A stretch of 63,040 bases of DNA, filler included. It is 4 parts of 4 records of this genome, joined end to end, with 100 filler letters (N's around TTAATTAATTAA, not from the genome) between each part and the next. Parts side by side here need not be neighbours in the genome. Positions count along the whole stretch, not along the records: positions 14,581 to 40,774 come from DRR378314_303; 3 more parts are not named here. The stretch is one strand, 5' to 3'. A program made the translations under genes and the position numbers. Under the pieces are notes generated by a model that was not told where the DNA came from, ran no database searches, and was given only the letters and a program-made list of their open reading frames with translations. Positions 27,988 through 37,674 of this stretch are shown here, piece after piece. Position 1 is the first letter of the stretch; each line of letters starts with the position of its first letter.

Positions 27988-29351
27988 TGGGGCGTGATCT
28001 GGCATTGTTAATTCCCGAGATCGCTGTGCTGCTAGCCGCAGTCAGCGCGCTGATTGCAGAAATACTGCGCAGGCCTCGAGCTTCGCTGGCTCTCGCCATG
28101 CTGGGCCTGTTCGTCGCCACGGGACTGACCATACGTTTGGTGGGTACAGACACCACCGTATTCGGTGGCAGTTTTCGGATAGACGCGCTCAGCATCTGGG
28201 CAAAGCTGATTTTATTGCCGGCGACGATGCTGTCTTTGCTGCTGGCGAGCGCGGAAGTGCGCGGCACCGTGCGTGAGGGCACGGTCTACAGTTTATTATG
28301 TTTAGCTACCGTTGGTGCTCTTATTCTAGCCGGCGCCGGCGATATGATGTTTCTGGTTCTGGGCCTGTTGCTCACCAGTTTGGCGACCTTTGCTCTGGTG
28401 GCCTACCCGGACGACGATCCTGCCACCGAAGCCGCCATGAAATACTTTGTGTTTGGTTCGGTGGCTGGCGCGGTGATGATCTTTGGTCTCACGTACTGGT
28501 TCGGTGCCGCCGGCTCCACAATGATTGCCGACCTTGAGGGTACGGAGGCCATCCCTTTGGCTGTCATATTCGGTTTGGTGGCGGTTATTGTCGGTCTTGG
28601 CTATAAAGCATCTCTGGTTCCATTTCATTTTTGGGTGCCGGATGCCTATGAAGGTGGGCCCTTATCGGTTGCAGCCTTCCTGTCTGTGGTGCCCAAGGTG
28701 GGCGCGTTGTTTGCGCTAACTCAAGTGTTTCGTGACCTGCCTTCCGAAAGCGGTGGGCCCGCTGTTATCGCGGGACTAGCCGTACTGAGTATGACCTACG
28801 GTTACCTTGCCGCGTTGGTGCAGGATAATGTTGTTCGACTGCTGGCTTACTCATCTATTGCCCAGTCCGGGTACTTCCTCCTGGGTATTGTGGCGCTGGG
28901 CGAAAGTTCTTTTGCTTTGCCATCAATCATTTTTTTCGCTGCCGCGTACGCCGCTATGAATCTGGGGGCTTTCGCCGTTATCGCTGCGGTTGGGCGTACG
29001 CTAAACGATTTCAACGGCCTGGGGCGCGCTCAACCACTGGTGGGAGTCGCCATGGTACTTTTCCTGCTCTCGCTGGTAGGCATTCCGCCACTCGCTGGTT
29101 TCGTTGGCAAATTCCTGCTCTTTGCCGCTGCTATCCATGCGCAGTTTACCTGGTTGGCTGTAGTGGCGATTCTCAACAGTGTGCTCGCTCTCGCAGTATA
29201 TATGCGTATTATCGTGCCTATGTATAGGCAAGAAGAGGTGCCTCATGACGCTGCTAGTATTTGGATCGATATCGTGACGCTAACGGCGCTGTTAGCCACG
29301 GTTACTATTGGACTGGCCGCCCAGTTCTTCTTTGTGAAGTCGATGGCATAG
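27987..29351 (+). CDS. NuoN-like antiporter subunit
   Basis: EAAMKYF, YKASLVPFHFWVPDAYEG, RLLAYSSIAQ and GIPPLAGFVGKF motifs. Confidence 0.92.
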   Translation: MGRDLALLIPEIAVLLAAVSALIAEILRRPRASLALAMLGLFVATGLTIRLVGTDTTVFGGSFRIDALSIWAKLILLPATMLSLLLASAEVRGTVREGTVYSLLCLATVGALILAGAGDMMFLVLGLLLTSLATFALVAYPDDDPATEAAMKYFVFGSVAGAVMIFGLTYWFGAAGSTMIADLEGTEAIPLAVIFGLVAVIVGLGYKASLVPFHFWVPDAYEGGPLSVAAFLSVVPKVGALFALTQVFRDLPSESGGPAVIAGLAVLSMTYGYLAALVQDNVVRLLAYSSIAQSGYFLLGIVALGESSFALPSIIFFAAAYAAMNLGAFAVIAAVGRTLNDFNGLGRAQPLVGVAMVLFLLSLVGIPPLAGFVGKFLLFAAAIHAQFTWLAVVAILNSVLALAVYMRIIVPMYRQEEVPHDAASIWIDIVTLTALLATVTIGLAAQFFFVKSMA

Positions 29352-29491
29352 CGCATTCTCGGCGTCGTTCCTAGACAGATACTTGTTGTGTTTACCGTTA
29401 CTTCTGATATCTCGCTCATCATCTTTCCCAGAGAAGTCAGAAGCTTCAATGTTATTTGCTGCCGCTATGCCGGCGGCGGGGGCGAGAAAGT

Positions 29492-30562
29492 ATGGATTCG
29501 ATAACGCAGGCGGCCCTGGGGGGCGCCCTGGGCGGGGCGGTGCTGGGGCACCGGTTCGGGCGCGCCGCGGTGGTCGCCGGCGCGCTGCTCGGCACTCTGC
29601 CGGACATGGACGTGCTGATCGACTATGGCGATGCGGTGGCCAACTTTTCCCAGCACCGTGGTTTCAGCCATTCGCTGTTGGTGCTGGTGCCCCTGGCGGT
29701 GGTGCTGGCGGCGCTACTCAGTCGTTGGCAGCGCAGCGTATCGTTCCGCCGCTGGCTGACCTTCACCGGCGCCATCCTGATCACGCACCCGTTGCTGGAC
29801 GCCTTCACCACCTACGGCACCCAACTGCTCTGGCCGCTGGGGCCGCCGGTGGCCTGGCACACCATTTTTATTATCGACCCGCTCTACACGCTGCCGCTGC
29901 TGGTGGCGGTGATCATCGTCCTGGTCCGGCCGCCGGCGATCCGCGCGTTGACGGTGGGGCTGGCGCTGTCGAGCCTGTACCTGGCCTGGAGCCTGGCGGC
30001 GCAGCAGTGGGTGGACCACCGGGTGCACCAGGCGCTGGCCGGCACCGGCTACCAGACGGCGCCGCGCATGGTGCAGCCGATGCCGTTCTCCACGCTGCTG
30101 TGGCGGGCCACGGTGCTGCACCGCGAAGAACGCCTGGAGATCGTCACCGGGCTGCTGGACGGCGATGTGCCGCTGCATATTGAAGGCTTTCCGCGGGACG
30201 CCAATCTGGTCGCCTCGGCCAAGCAGCTGGACGACGGCCGCCGTCTGGAATGGTTCACCGGCGGCTTTCTGGATTACCGGTTGGAGGACGGGCGGCTGGT
30301 GGCCACCGACATCCGCCTCGGCGTGCCCGGCGCCCACCCCTTCCAGTTCGTGATCGCCGAGGCCCAGGGCGGGCCCGACAACCTGGCTTGGCAGGCGGTG
30401 CGCAGCACGCGCCTGGCCCGGCCGATGGTCAACGAAGACGCCTGGCCGGCCCTGTTTCGCCGCACCCTGGGGCTTAGTCCGGTGCTGTGCCTGCGTGAAC
30501 TCAAGCTGGCGTCGTCGGGCGCTGCCTGCGAGGGGACGCTGCCGCCGTTGGGCTCGCAGTGA
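29492..30562 (+). CDS. Metal-dependent hydrolase (YdjM/YfhP-like inner-membrane protein)
   Basis: MDSITQ, LPDMDV, HRGFSHS, HPLLDAFTTYGT and IIDP motifs. Confidence 0.88.
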   Translation: MDSITQAALGGALGGAVLGHRFGRAAVVAGALLGTLPDMDVLIDYGDAVANFSQHRGFSHSLLVLVPLAVVLAALLSRWQRSVSFRRWLTFTGAILITHPLLDAFTTYGTQLLWPLGPPVAWHTIFIIDPLYTLPLLVAVIIVLVRPPAIRALTVGLALSSLYLAWSLAAQQWVDHRVHQALAGTGYQTAPRMVQPMPFSTLLWRATVLHREERLEIVTGLLDGDVPLHIEGFPRDANLVASAKQLDDGRRLEWFTGGFLDYRLEDGRLVATDIRLGVPGAHPFQFVIAEAQGGPDNLAWQAVRSTRLARPMVNEDAWPALFRRTLGLSPVLCLRELKLASSGAACEGTLPPLGSQ

Positions 30563-30568
30563 GCCGGG

Positions 30569-31579
30569 TTACTCCCAGCCGGCCAGCACCAGCTTGCCGA
30601 TGGTCTTGCCGGACTCGATGCGCCGGTGCGCCTCTTTGAGGTTGGCGGCGTTGATCGGCCCCAGGGACTCCGAGAGGGTGGTCTGCAGGACGCCTTCTTC
30701 CACCAGCCGGGCGGTGGCGCGCAGGATTCCGCCCTGGCGTTCCATGTCCACGCCGAACAGGGCGCGGGTGAACATGAACTCCCAGGCGAAGCGGGCGCTC
30801 TTCGGTTTCAGCGGGTTCACGTCCAGGGGGCCGCGGGCGTCGACGATGGTGACGATGCCGCCCAGCGGCGCGACCAGCTCGCAGACGTCGCTCCAGTAGG
30901 CGTCCGGTTCCTGGGCCAGCAGGATGGCGTCCACCTGCTCGATGCCCAGCCCTTTCATGGGCTCGCGCAGGCCGTTGCGGTAGTCGATGGTGTGGGTGGC
31001 GCCCATGGCGGTGCACCAGTCCGCCGAGGTCTGACGTCCGGCGGTGGCGATCACCGTCATGCCGAAGTGGCGGGCGGCCAGCTGGGTGGCGATGGAGCCG
31101 ACACCGCCGGCGCCGCCCACCATCAGCAGGGTCTTGCCGGCGGCGTTTTCCGGAGTCAGGCCGAGCTGGTCGGTGAGGCTTTCCCAGGCGGTGAGCACGG
31201 TCAGCGGCAGGGCGGCGGCTTCCTGCATGCCGGTGCCTTCGGGCATCTTCGCCACCAGGCGCTCGTCCACGCACTGGTACTGGGCGTTGCTGCCCTGGCG
31301 CTGCATGGCCCCGGCGTACCAGACCCGGTCGCCGGGCAGGAAGTCGCGGACTTCGGCGCCTACCGCTTCCACCCGACCGGCGGCATCATAGCCGAGTACT
31401 TTATGGCCCTTCTCCGCCAGGGGGCGTTGGCGTACCTTGGTGTCCACCGGGTTGACCGATACCGCCTCCACCGCCACCAGCAGGTCGCGGGGGCCTGGTT
31501 TGGGCTGTTCCAGCTGGATGTCTTCCAGGGCGTGGACGTCTTCGATGGCGCGGGGTTGGTTAAAGCCGACGGCCTTCAT
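30569..31579 (-). CDS. Zinc-binding alcohol dehydrogenase/quinone oxidoreductase family protein
   Basis: SVNPVDTK, LGYDAAG, GGAGGVGS and WEFMFTR motifs. Confidence 0.9.
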   Translation of the reverse strand: MKAVGFNQPRAIEDVHALEDIQLEQPKPGPRDLLVAVEAVSVNPVDTKVRQRPLAEKGHKVLGYDAAGRVEAVGAEVRDFLPGDRVWYAGAMQRQGSNAQYQCVDERLVAKMPEGTGMQEAAALPLTVLTAWESLTDQLGLTPENAAGKTLLMVGGAGGVGSIATQLAARHFGMTVIATAGRQTSADWCTAMGATHTIDYRNGLREPMKGLGIEQVDAILLAQEPDAYWSDVCELVAPLGGIVTIVDARGPLDVNPLKPKSARFAWEFMFTRALFGVDMERQGGILRATARLVEEGVLQTTLSESLGPINAANLKEAHRRIESGKTIGKLVLAGWE

Positions 31580-31635
31580 AGGGTCTCCGTGGGAATACGA
31601 ATGTCACTGGGGTTTTAAATAATAAGGATACCATC

Positions 31636-33120
31636 ATGCGTTTTGACGAATACCGCAATCTCGACGGCGTGGCGCTGGCCAAACTGGTGGCGGACGGGGA
31701 AGTGACCGCCGCCGAACTGCTGGAGCTGGCCATCGCCCGTGCCGAGGCGGTGAACCCGGCCCTCAACGGCCTGATCATTCCGCTTTACGACCAGGCTCGG
31801 GAACAGGCGGCGGGCGCCTTGAGCGGCCCCCTGGCCGGGGTGCCCATGCTCACCAAGGACCTGTTCCAGGAGATCGGCGGCGCCCCCAACTATCAGGGTA
31901 ACAAAGCCCTCAAGCGGGCCGGCCATAAGGCGCCGGTGGATTCCGAGCTGGTGCGCCGCTGGAAGGCGGCCGGGGTGGTGCTGTTCGGGCGCACCAATAC
32001 GCCGGAATTCGGCGCCAAGGGCATCACCGAGCCGGAGGCGTTCGGCGCCACCCGCAACCCCTGGAACACCGACCACACGCCGGGTGGCTCCTCCGGCGGT
32101 TCCGCGGCCCTGGTGGCGGCGGGCGTGGTGCCGTTCGCCGGTGCCAACGACGGCGGCGGCAGCATCCGCATTCCCGCCGGCTGCTGTGGCCTGTTCGGCC
32201 TCAAGCCCGGGCGCGGGCGCACGCCCTGGGGGCCCAACTTCAGCGAGGCCATGCACGGCATTTCCATGAATCACGTGGTGACCCGCTCGGTGCGCGATTC
32301 CGCGCTGCTGCTGGACGCCACCCAGGGCGAGGAAGTGGGCAGCCTGTTCCGCATCGCGCCGCCGGAGCGCAGCTACCTGAGCGAGCTGGAGAGCGACCCC
32401 AAGCCGCTGCGCATTGCATTCTCCACCACCTCGCCGATCGGCACCGAGGTGGACCCGGAAGCGGTGGCCGCGGTGGAGGACGCCGCCCGCCTGCTGGAGT
32501 CCCTGGGCCACAAGGTGGAGCAGGCGTCGCCGAAAATGGACATGCTGGCCATGAGCATGGACTGGCTCTCCATGTGGTTCGCCAACTGCGCCGCCAGCGT
32601 GGACTGGGTGCGCGAAGAAACCGGCTGCGGCAACGACGGCTTCGAACTGGACACCCTGGCGATGGCGGCGTTCGGCCACGCCACCTCGGCGCCGGACTAC
32701 GTGCGTGGTTACCAGCGCTGGCAGGGGTATTCCCGGGCGCTGGCGGAATTCCACCAGCAGTACGATCTGTGGCTGACGCCCACCCTGGCGTTGCAGCCGG
32801 CGCGCATCGGCGCCTCGGAAACGCCGGCCTGGCAGCAGCGCATGCTCAAGGTGATTCTCAAAGTGGGCGCCGAAAAGCTGGTGATGAAAACCGGCCTGGT
32901 GGAGCAGATGGTGAAGGAGAACCTGAAGTACGTGCCTTTCACCCAGCTCGCCAACGTCACCGGGGTGCCGGCCATGTCGGTGCCGCTGCACTGGTGCGAA
33001 AGCGGCCTGCCGCTGGGGGTGCAGCTGGTCGGCGATCACGGCAGCGAGGGCCTGCTGTTCAAACTGGCCGGTCAGCTGGAGCGGGCGCGGCCCTGGTTCA
33101 ACCGTATGCCGGATCTGTAA
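31636..33120 (+). CDS. Amidase signature family enzyme
   Basis: GVPMLTKDL, GGSSGGS and DGGGSIRIPA (Ser-cisSer-Lys signature). Confidence 0.92.
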   Translation: MRFDEYRNLDGVALAKLVADGEVTAAELLELAIARAEAVNPALNGLIIPLYDQAREQAAGALSGPLAGVPMLTKDLFQEIGGAPNYQGNKALKRAGHKAPVDSELVRRWKAAGVVLFGRTNTPEFGAKGITEPEAFGATRNPWNTDHTPGGSSGGSAALVAAGVVPFAGANDGGGSIRIPAGCCGLFGLKPGRGRTPWGPNFSEAMHGISMNHVVTRSVRDSALLLDATQGEEVGSLFRIAPPERSYLSELESDPKPLRIAFSTTSPIGTEVDPEAVAAVEDAARLLESLGHKVEQASPKMDMLAMSMDWLSMWFANCAASVDWVREETGCGNDGFELDTLAMAAFGHATSAPDYVRGYQRWQGYSRALAEFHQQYDLWLTPTLALQPARIGASETPAWQQRMLKVILKVGAEKLVMKTGLVEQMVKENLKYVPFTQLANVTGVPAMSVPLHWCESGLPLGVQLVGDHGSEGLLFKLAGQLERARPWFNRMPDL

Positions 33121-33126
33121 CCGGGC

Positions 33127-34407
33127 TCAGGCCCCTTCGCCCTGGGGCAGAGGGGGCCACCAGGCCTGGATGCGGTGTTCGGACACCGCCGCCAGGTCGC
33201 CGAACTGCAGCAGCACGAACTCGCTCTGCGTGGGGCGGAAGAACAGCTGATCGCCGGGCACCAGCTCGGAGGCCGGCGAGCCGTTGTACATCATCTGATT
33301 GGTGCTGGCGCCGTACAGGTCATTGCGGCGGATGCCCGGCGGCGACACCGGCTCCGCTTTCCAGTAACCGCCGTAGATGAAATAAGTGCGTCGCCGGTTG
33401 GGGTCCCACAGGGCCCAGGCGTCGCCCAACGGCAGCGGGCCGGGCAGGGTGAGCCCGTCCAGCGCCTTGAGCACCGGCGCGGCGATAAAGGCGGCGGGCT
33501 CGAAGTCCTTCAGGCTGGGCACGTCGAAATCCGACGGCTTGACCAGGCAGGAGCCGGCCGCCAGCTCGTTGAGCGGCGTCTCGTCGCCGTGCAGCGTGAA
33601 GGTGGGGCTGCCGGCACCGTTGAACGTGAGCGGCTGCTCGCGCAGTTCAGGGGCGACCTGGTAAAGCCTGTCGATAAAGCTTTGATAGACCGCCTGGGCC
33701 TTGCGCAGGCTGGTGTCGCGGCTTTCCACCAGGTCCGGCAGCTTGCCCACATGGGCGTCGTAGCCCATGAAGCCGGCGAACGCCAGATGGCGGGGGTGGG
33801 CGGCGATGCGCTCAAGCAGTGCGTCCAGTTGCCCGGGCTCGGTGAGCCCGCCGCGGTGCAGACCCACGTCGATTTCCACATTGATGCGCAGCCGGCGGTC
33901 CAGCCGCCGGGCCAGTTCCAGGTACTCCTTCAGCCGCGCGTCGCTGTCGATCAGCCATTGCAACTGGCGGTCCGGGTCGAAGCCGGCGTCCTCCGGCAGT
34001 TCCTCATAGAAGCGGGCGGCGGCCCGCACCGGCATGGGTTTGCCGAGCAGCAGGTCGCAGCCCGGCTCCGCCTCGGCCATGGCGTTGATGAACGGCTGGT
34101 GGAACACCATCACCCGGTCGGTGCCGGTCTGCGCCATCACTTCGCGGATCAGCGGCACGCTGGGCAATGATTTGGCGACGATGCGGTAGGCGCGGCCCGG
34201 CGGCAGCGCCTGCTGCAGGCGGCGGCAGTTGGCCGCCAGCCGTTGCCGGTCGATGAACAGCAGCGGGCGCCCCGGCCCGCTGTCGCGGAACAGGGTGTTG
34301 TAGGGCTGGAAGTAGGCGCCGTGGGGGCCGCCCTGGTCGCCGGGTTTCAGCCACCAGGCCGCCGCCAGGCCGCCGCCCAGGGCGAGCAGGAAGGTGCGCC
34401 TTTTCAT
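33127..34407 (-). CDS. DSD1/alanine-racemase-fold PLP-dependent enzyme with Tat-like leader
   Basis: RIVAKSL (PLP Lys), EIDVGLHRGG and MGYDAH motifs; N-terminal MKRRTFL. Confidence 0.8.
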   Translation of the reverse strand: MKRRTFLLALGGGLAAAWWLKPGDQGGPHGAYFQPYNTLFRDSGPGRPLLFIDRQRLAANCRRLQQALPPGRAYRIVAKSLPSVPLIREVMAQTGTDRVMVFHQPFINAMAEAEPGCDLLLGKPMPVRAAARFYEELPEDAGFDPDRQLQWLIDSDARLKEYLELARRLDRRLRINVEIDVGLHRGGLTEPGQLDALLERIAAHPRHLAFAGFMGYDAHVGKLPDLVESRDTSLRKAQAVYQSFIDRLYQVAPELREQPLTFNGAGSPTFTLHGDETPLNELAAGSCLVKPSDFDVPSLKDFEPAAFIAAPVLKALDGLTLPGPLPLGDAWALWDPNRRRTYFIYGGYWKAEPVSPPGIRRNDLYGASTNQMMYNGSPASELVPGDQLFFRPTQSEFVLLQFGDLAAVSEHRIQAWWPPLPQGEGA

Positions 34408-35795
34408 GCCGGTTGCCCCTTGGCGTCGATGCCGAACAGGTGTCTCAGGTGATCATTGAGCAAGCGTCCGCGCGGGTCCAGCTCGCGGCGCAGGGCGAGG
34501 AAGTCGTCGAAGCGCGGATAGAGTTCGCGCAGTTCGTCGGCGCCCAGGCTGTGCAGCTTGCCCCAGTGCGGACGGCCCCGGTGCCGGCGCAGCACCGGCT
34601 CGGTGGCGCGGAACAGCGGCGTGGCGTCCTGCTTGAAATACTGATGGATCGACAGGCTGGCCCCGGCGCGGCCGCTGAACATGGACAGCAGCGTGTCGTC
34701 GGCGGCGCTGTAGCGGAACTCAATCGGGAAGAACACATTGATGTCCTGCTCGCGGATTACCTCGCAGACTTCCTGCAGGCACTCGATGCCTTTCTCCGCC
34801 GGCACCGTGTATTCCATTTCGTTGAAGCGCACCGTGCGGCGGTTGGCGTAGATCTTGTGGGCCGGCCCTCGGCGGCGGTTTTCCTCGACGAAAAAGGTCA
34901 CCAGCTTCTGCAGGGTGGAGGTCAGCCAGCCGGCGCGCATGCTCAGCTCGCAGACCGTCTCCAGCAGGTCGTTGCTGTCGTCCTGGGCCAGGTCGTCCTC
35001 CGGGTCGTCGGTGAGCGACATGGTTTTGACGATGGCGGTGCCGCCGAGGGGAAAGGCGAAAAACTCGATGTTGCGGAAGTTGTCCTTCTCCCGCTCCACG
35101 AAATCCATGGCTTCGTCCAGCGGCAGCGTCCAGGTGTGCTCTTCCAGCCGGTAGGCCGGGGCGCTGTCCAGGGTCACGGCGGTGATCAGACCCAGGGCCC
35201 CCAGGCCGCAGCGGGCCGCCTGGAAGCGGTCGCCGTCGTTGTGGTCGAGCCGGTGCAGGGTGCCTTCGGTGTCCATCAGTTCCAGGCCCACCACCTGGTC
35301 GGACAGGCACGGCAGGCCCAGGCCGGTGCCGTGGGTGCCGGTGGCGATGGCGCCGGCCAGCGACTGCAGGTTGATGTCCGGTTCGTTGATCAGGCTGCGG
35401 CCTTCGCTCCAGGCCTCGCTGCTGGCCTGGGCGATGCGGGTGCCGGCGCCGAAGCGCAGCGCGCCGGCGTCGACGCTGCGCAGCCCGTTGATGGCCTCCA
35501 GGGACACCAGGGTGTCGCCGGTGGGGACCACGGCGCTGAACGAGTGGCTGCCGCCGAACGGCCGCACCGTGCCCTCGGTGTTGGCGAGCAGCCGGGCCAG
35601 GGCGGCTTCGTCCGCCGGGTAAGCCAGGTTGCGCGGCCGCGCGGTCTGGTTGCCGGACCAGTTCTGCCAGCTGGCGCGCTCGCCCTGTGCGTTGCCGTCG
35701 GCTTGCCCGGCGCCGGCCAGGGTCGGTACGGCGGCGGCGCCGGCGGACGCGGCCAGCGCTTTCAGGAAGGCGCGGCGGGGAAGTCGTTGCAACAT
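34404..35795 (-). CDS. FAD-linked aldonolactone oxidase (ALO family), Tat-exported
   Basis: RRAFLK Tat motif, NWSG, GGSHSFS, ATGTHG and GRPHWGK motifs. Confidence 0.88.
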   Translation of the reverse strand: MLQRLPRRAFLKALAASAGAAAVPTLAGAGQADGNAQGERASWQNWSGNQTARPRNLAYPADEAALARLLANTEGTVRPFGGSHSFSAVVPTGDTLVSLEAINGLRSVDAGALRFGAGTRIAQASSEAWSEGRSLINEPDINLQSLAGAIATGTHGTGLGLPCLSDQVVGLELMDTEGTLHRLDHNDGDRFQAARCGLGALGLITAVTLDSAPAYRLEEHTWTLPLDEAMDFVEREKDNFRNIEFFAFPLGGTAIVKTMSLTDDPEDDLAQDDSNDLLETVCELSMRAGWLTSTLQKLVTFFVEENRRRGPAHKIYANRRTVRFNEMEYTVPAEKGIECLQEVCEVIREQDINVFFPIEFRYSAADDTLLSMFSGRAGASLSIHQYFKQDATPLFRATEPVLRRHRGRPHWGKLHSLGADELRELYPRFDDFLALRRELDPRGRLLNDHLRHLFGIDAKGQPA

Positions 35796-35935
35796 GACGG
35801 CGGAGTCCTTTCGGCTATTGTTGTACTAGGCACCGACCTGCGGCGCCTTATACCTTAATGGTACTGTCGTACCAGAAAAGTGCAATAGTCTATCGTGCGT
35901 CCCGTGCACGGGTCGTCAATGCCCGGGGCCGGCGC

Positions 35936-37402
35936 CTAGTCCAGCCCCAGTTCGCTCCACATTTCGTCGACCCGGGCTTTGACGTCGTCGTCCATGCTGA
36001 TCGCCCGGCCCCACTCGCGGTTGGTTTCGCCGGGCCATTTGCTCGTCGCGTCGAGGCCCATCTTGGAGCCCAGCCCGGCCACCGGCGAGGCGAAATCCAG
36101 ATAGTCGATGGGGGTGTTCTCCACCATCACGGTGTCGCGCACCGGGTCCATGCGGGTGGTGATCGCCCAGATCACGTCCTTCCAGTCGCGGGCGTTAACG
36201 TCATCGTCGCAGACGATAACGAATTTGGTGTACATGAACTGGCGCAGGAACGACCACACCCCCATCATCACGCGCTTGGCGTGGCCCGGGTACTGCTTCT
36301 TCATGGTCACCACCGCCATGCGGTAGGAGCAGCCCTCCGGCGGCAGATAGAAATCGACGATTTCCGGAAACTGCTTTTTCAGGATCGGCACGAAGATTTC
36401 GTTCATCGCCACGCCCAGCACCGCCGGTTCGTCCGGCGGTCGGCCGGTGTAGGTGCTGTGGTAGATCGGGTCGCGGCGGTGGGTGATGCGGTCCACGGTG
36501 AACACCGGGAAGCGTTCCACCTCGTTGTAGTAGCCGGTGTGGTCGCCGAACGGCCCTTCGTCGGCGTACTCGCCGGGCTGCAGATGGCCTTCCAGCACGA
36601 ACTCGGCACTGGCCGGCACCTGCAGATTGGAGCCCAGGCATTTCACCAGCTCGGTGCGTGAGCCGCGCAGCAAACCGGCGAAGCCGTATTCACTGAGGGT
36701 GTCCGGCACCGGCGTCACCGCGCCCAGGATGGTGGCCGGGTCGGCGCCCAGCGCCACCGCCACCGGAAACGGCTCGCCGGGGTGGGCTTCCTGCCATTCC
36801 TGGAAATCGAGCGCGCCGCCACGGTGGCCGAGCCAACGCATAATCAGCTTGTTGCGGCCGATCAGCTGCTGGCGATAGATGCCCAGGTTCTGACGTTCCT
36901 TATTGGGCCCGCGGGTAATCACCAGCGGCCAGGTCACCAGCGGGCCGGCGTCGCCTGGCCAGCAGGTCTGAATCGGCAGCTGGGTGAGGTCCACGTCGTC
37001 GCCTTCGATGACGTGTTCCTGGCAGGGCCCCGAGCCGCCCACCTTGGGGTTCATGCTCAGCACCTTGCGGAAGATCGGCAGCTTCTCCCAGGCGTCGCGG
37101 AATCCCTTGGGCGGCTCAGGCTCCTTCAGGAAGGCCAGCAGCTCGCCGAGTTCGCGCAGCTCTTCCACCGACTCCCGGCCCATGCCCAGCGCCACGCGCC
37201 GCTCGGTGCCGAACAGATTCCCCAGCACCGGGATCGACGACCCCTTGGGGTTCTCAAACAAAATCGCCGGCCCGCCCGCCTTCAGCGTGCGGTCGCAGAT
37301 CTCGGTCATCTCCAGGCGCGGGTCCACCTCGCGGGTCACCCGTTTCAGTTCGCCCAGCTTTTCCAGTTGCTGAATAAAGTCGCGCAGGTCGCGGTATTTC
37401 AT
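35936..37402 (-). CDS. ubiD: 4-hydroxy-3-polyprenylbenzoate decarboxylase
   Basis: [21 protein letters not shown] and IDYLDFASP motifs. Confidence 0.96.
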   Translation of the reverse strand: MKYRDLRDFIQQLEKLGELKRVTREVDPRLEMTEICDRTLKAGGPAILFENPKGSSIPVLGNLFGTERRVALGMGRESVEELRELGELLAFLKEPEPPKGFRDAWEKLPIFRKVLSMNPKVGGSGPCQEHVIEGDDVDLTQLPIQTCWPGDAGPLVTWPLVITRGPNKERQNLGIYRQQLIGRNKLIMRWLGHRGGALDFQEWQEAHPGEPFPVAVALGADPATILGAVTPVPDTLSEYGFAGLLRGSRTELVKCLGSNLQVPASAEFVLEGHLQPGEYADEGPFGDHTGYYNEVERFPVFTVDRITHRRDPIYHSTYTGRPPDEPAVLGVAMNEIFVPILKKQFPEIVDFYLPPEGCSYRMAVVTMKKQYPGHAKRVMMGVWSFLRQFMYTKFVIVCDDDVNARDWKDVIWAITTRMDPVRDTVMVENTPIDYLDFASPVAGLGSKMGLDATSKWPGETNREWGRAISMDDDVKARVDEMWSELGLD

Positions 37403-37674
37403 CAATCCAATCTCGCCGGCTGCAAGGTGGCGGCAGTATAGCAGCCGACCCACCGTCTCCGGGGCTGCCCGCATGGACAGTATGATTGGCATCGGCAAAC
37501 AAAGCGGTCACGCGAGCGGGTACGGGCCGCAAAACGATAGGTTTGTAACTTTATGAAATATCTGATTTATTCGGCTCTATATAAAAACCAGAGGTTGGGA
37601 TGGGGCGAAGACGTGTTCATTGGATACTTGAGCCGGCGTCCTAGTACCTGTTAGTAATTTCGAAAGGTGATTGA

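Noticed and set aside
20826-29351. Ordinary nuo operon or NiFe group 4 hydrogenase
   Set aside because: There is no nuoC/I/E/F/G, no N2 cysteine ligands and no CxxC NiFe motifs.
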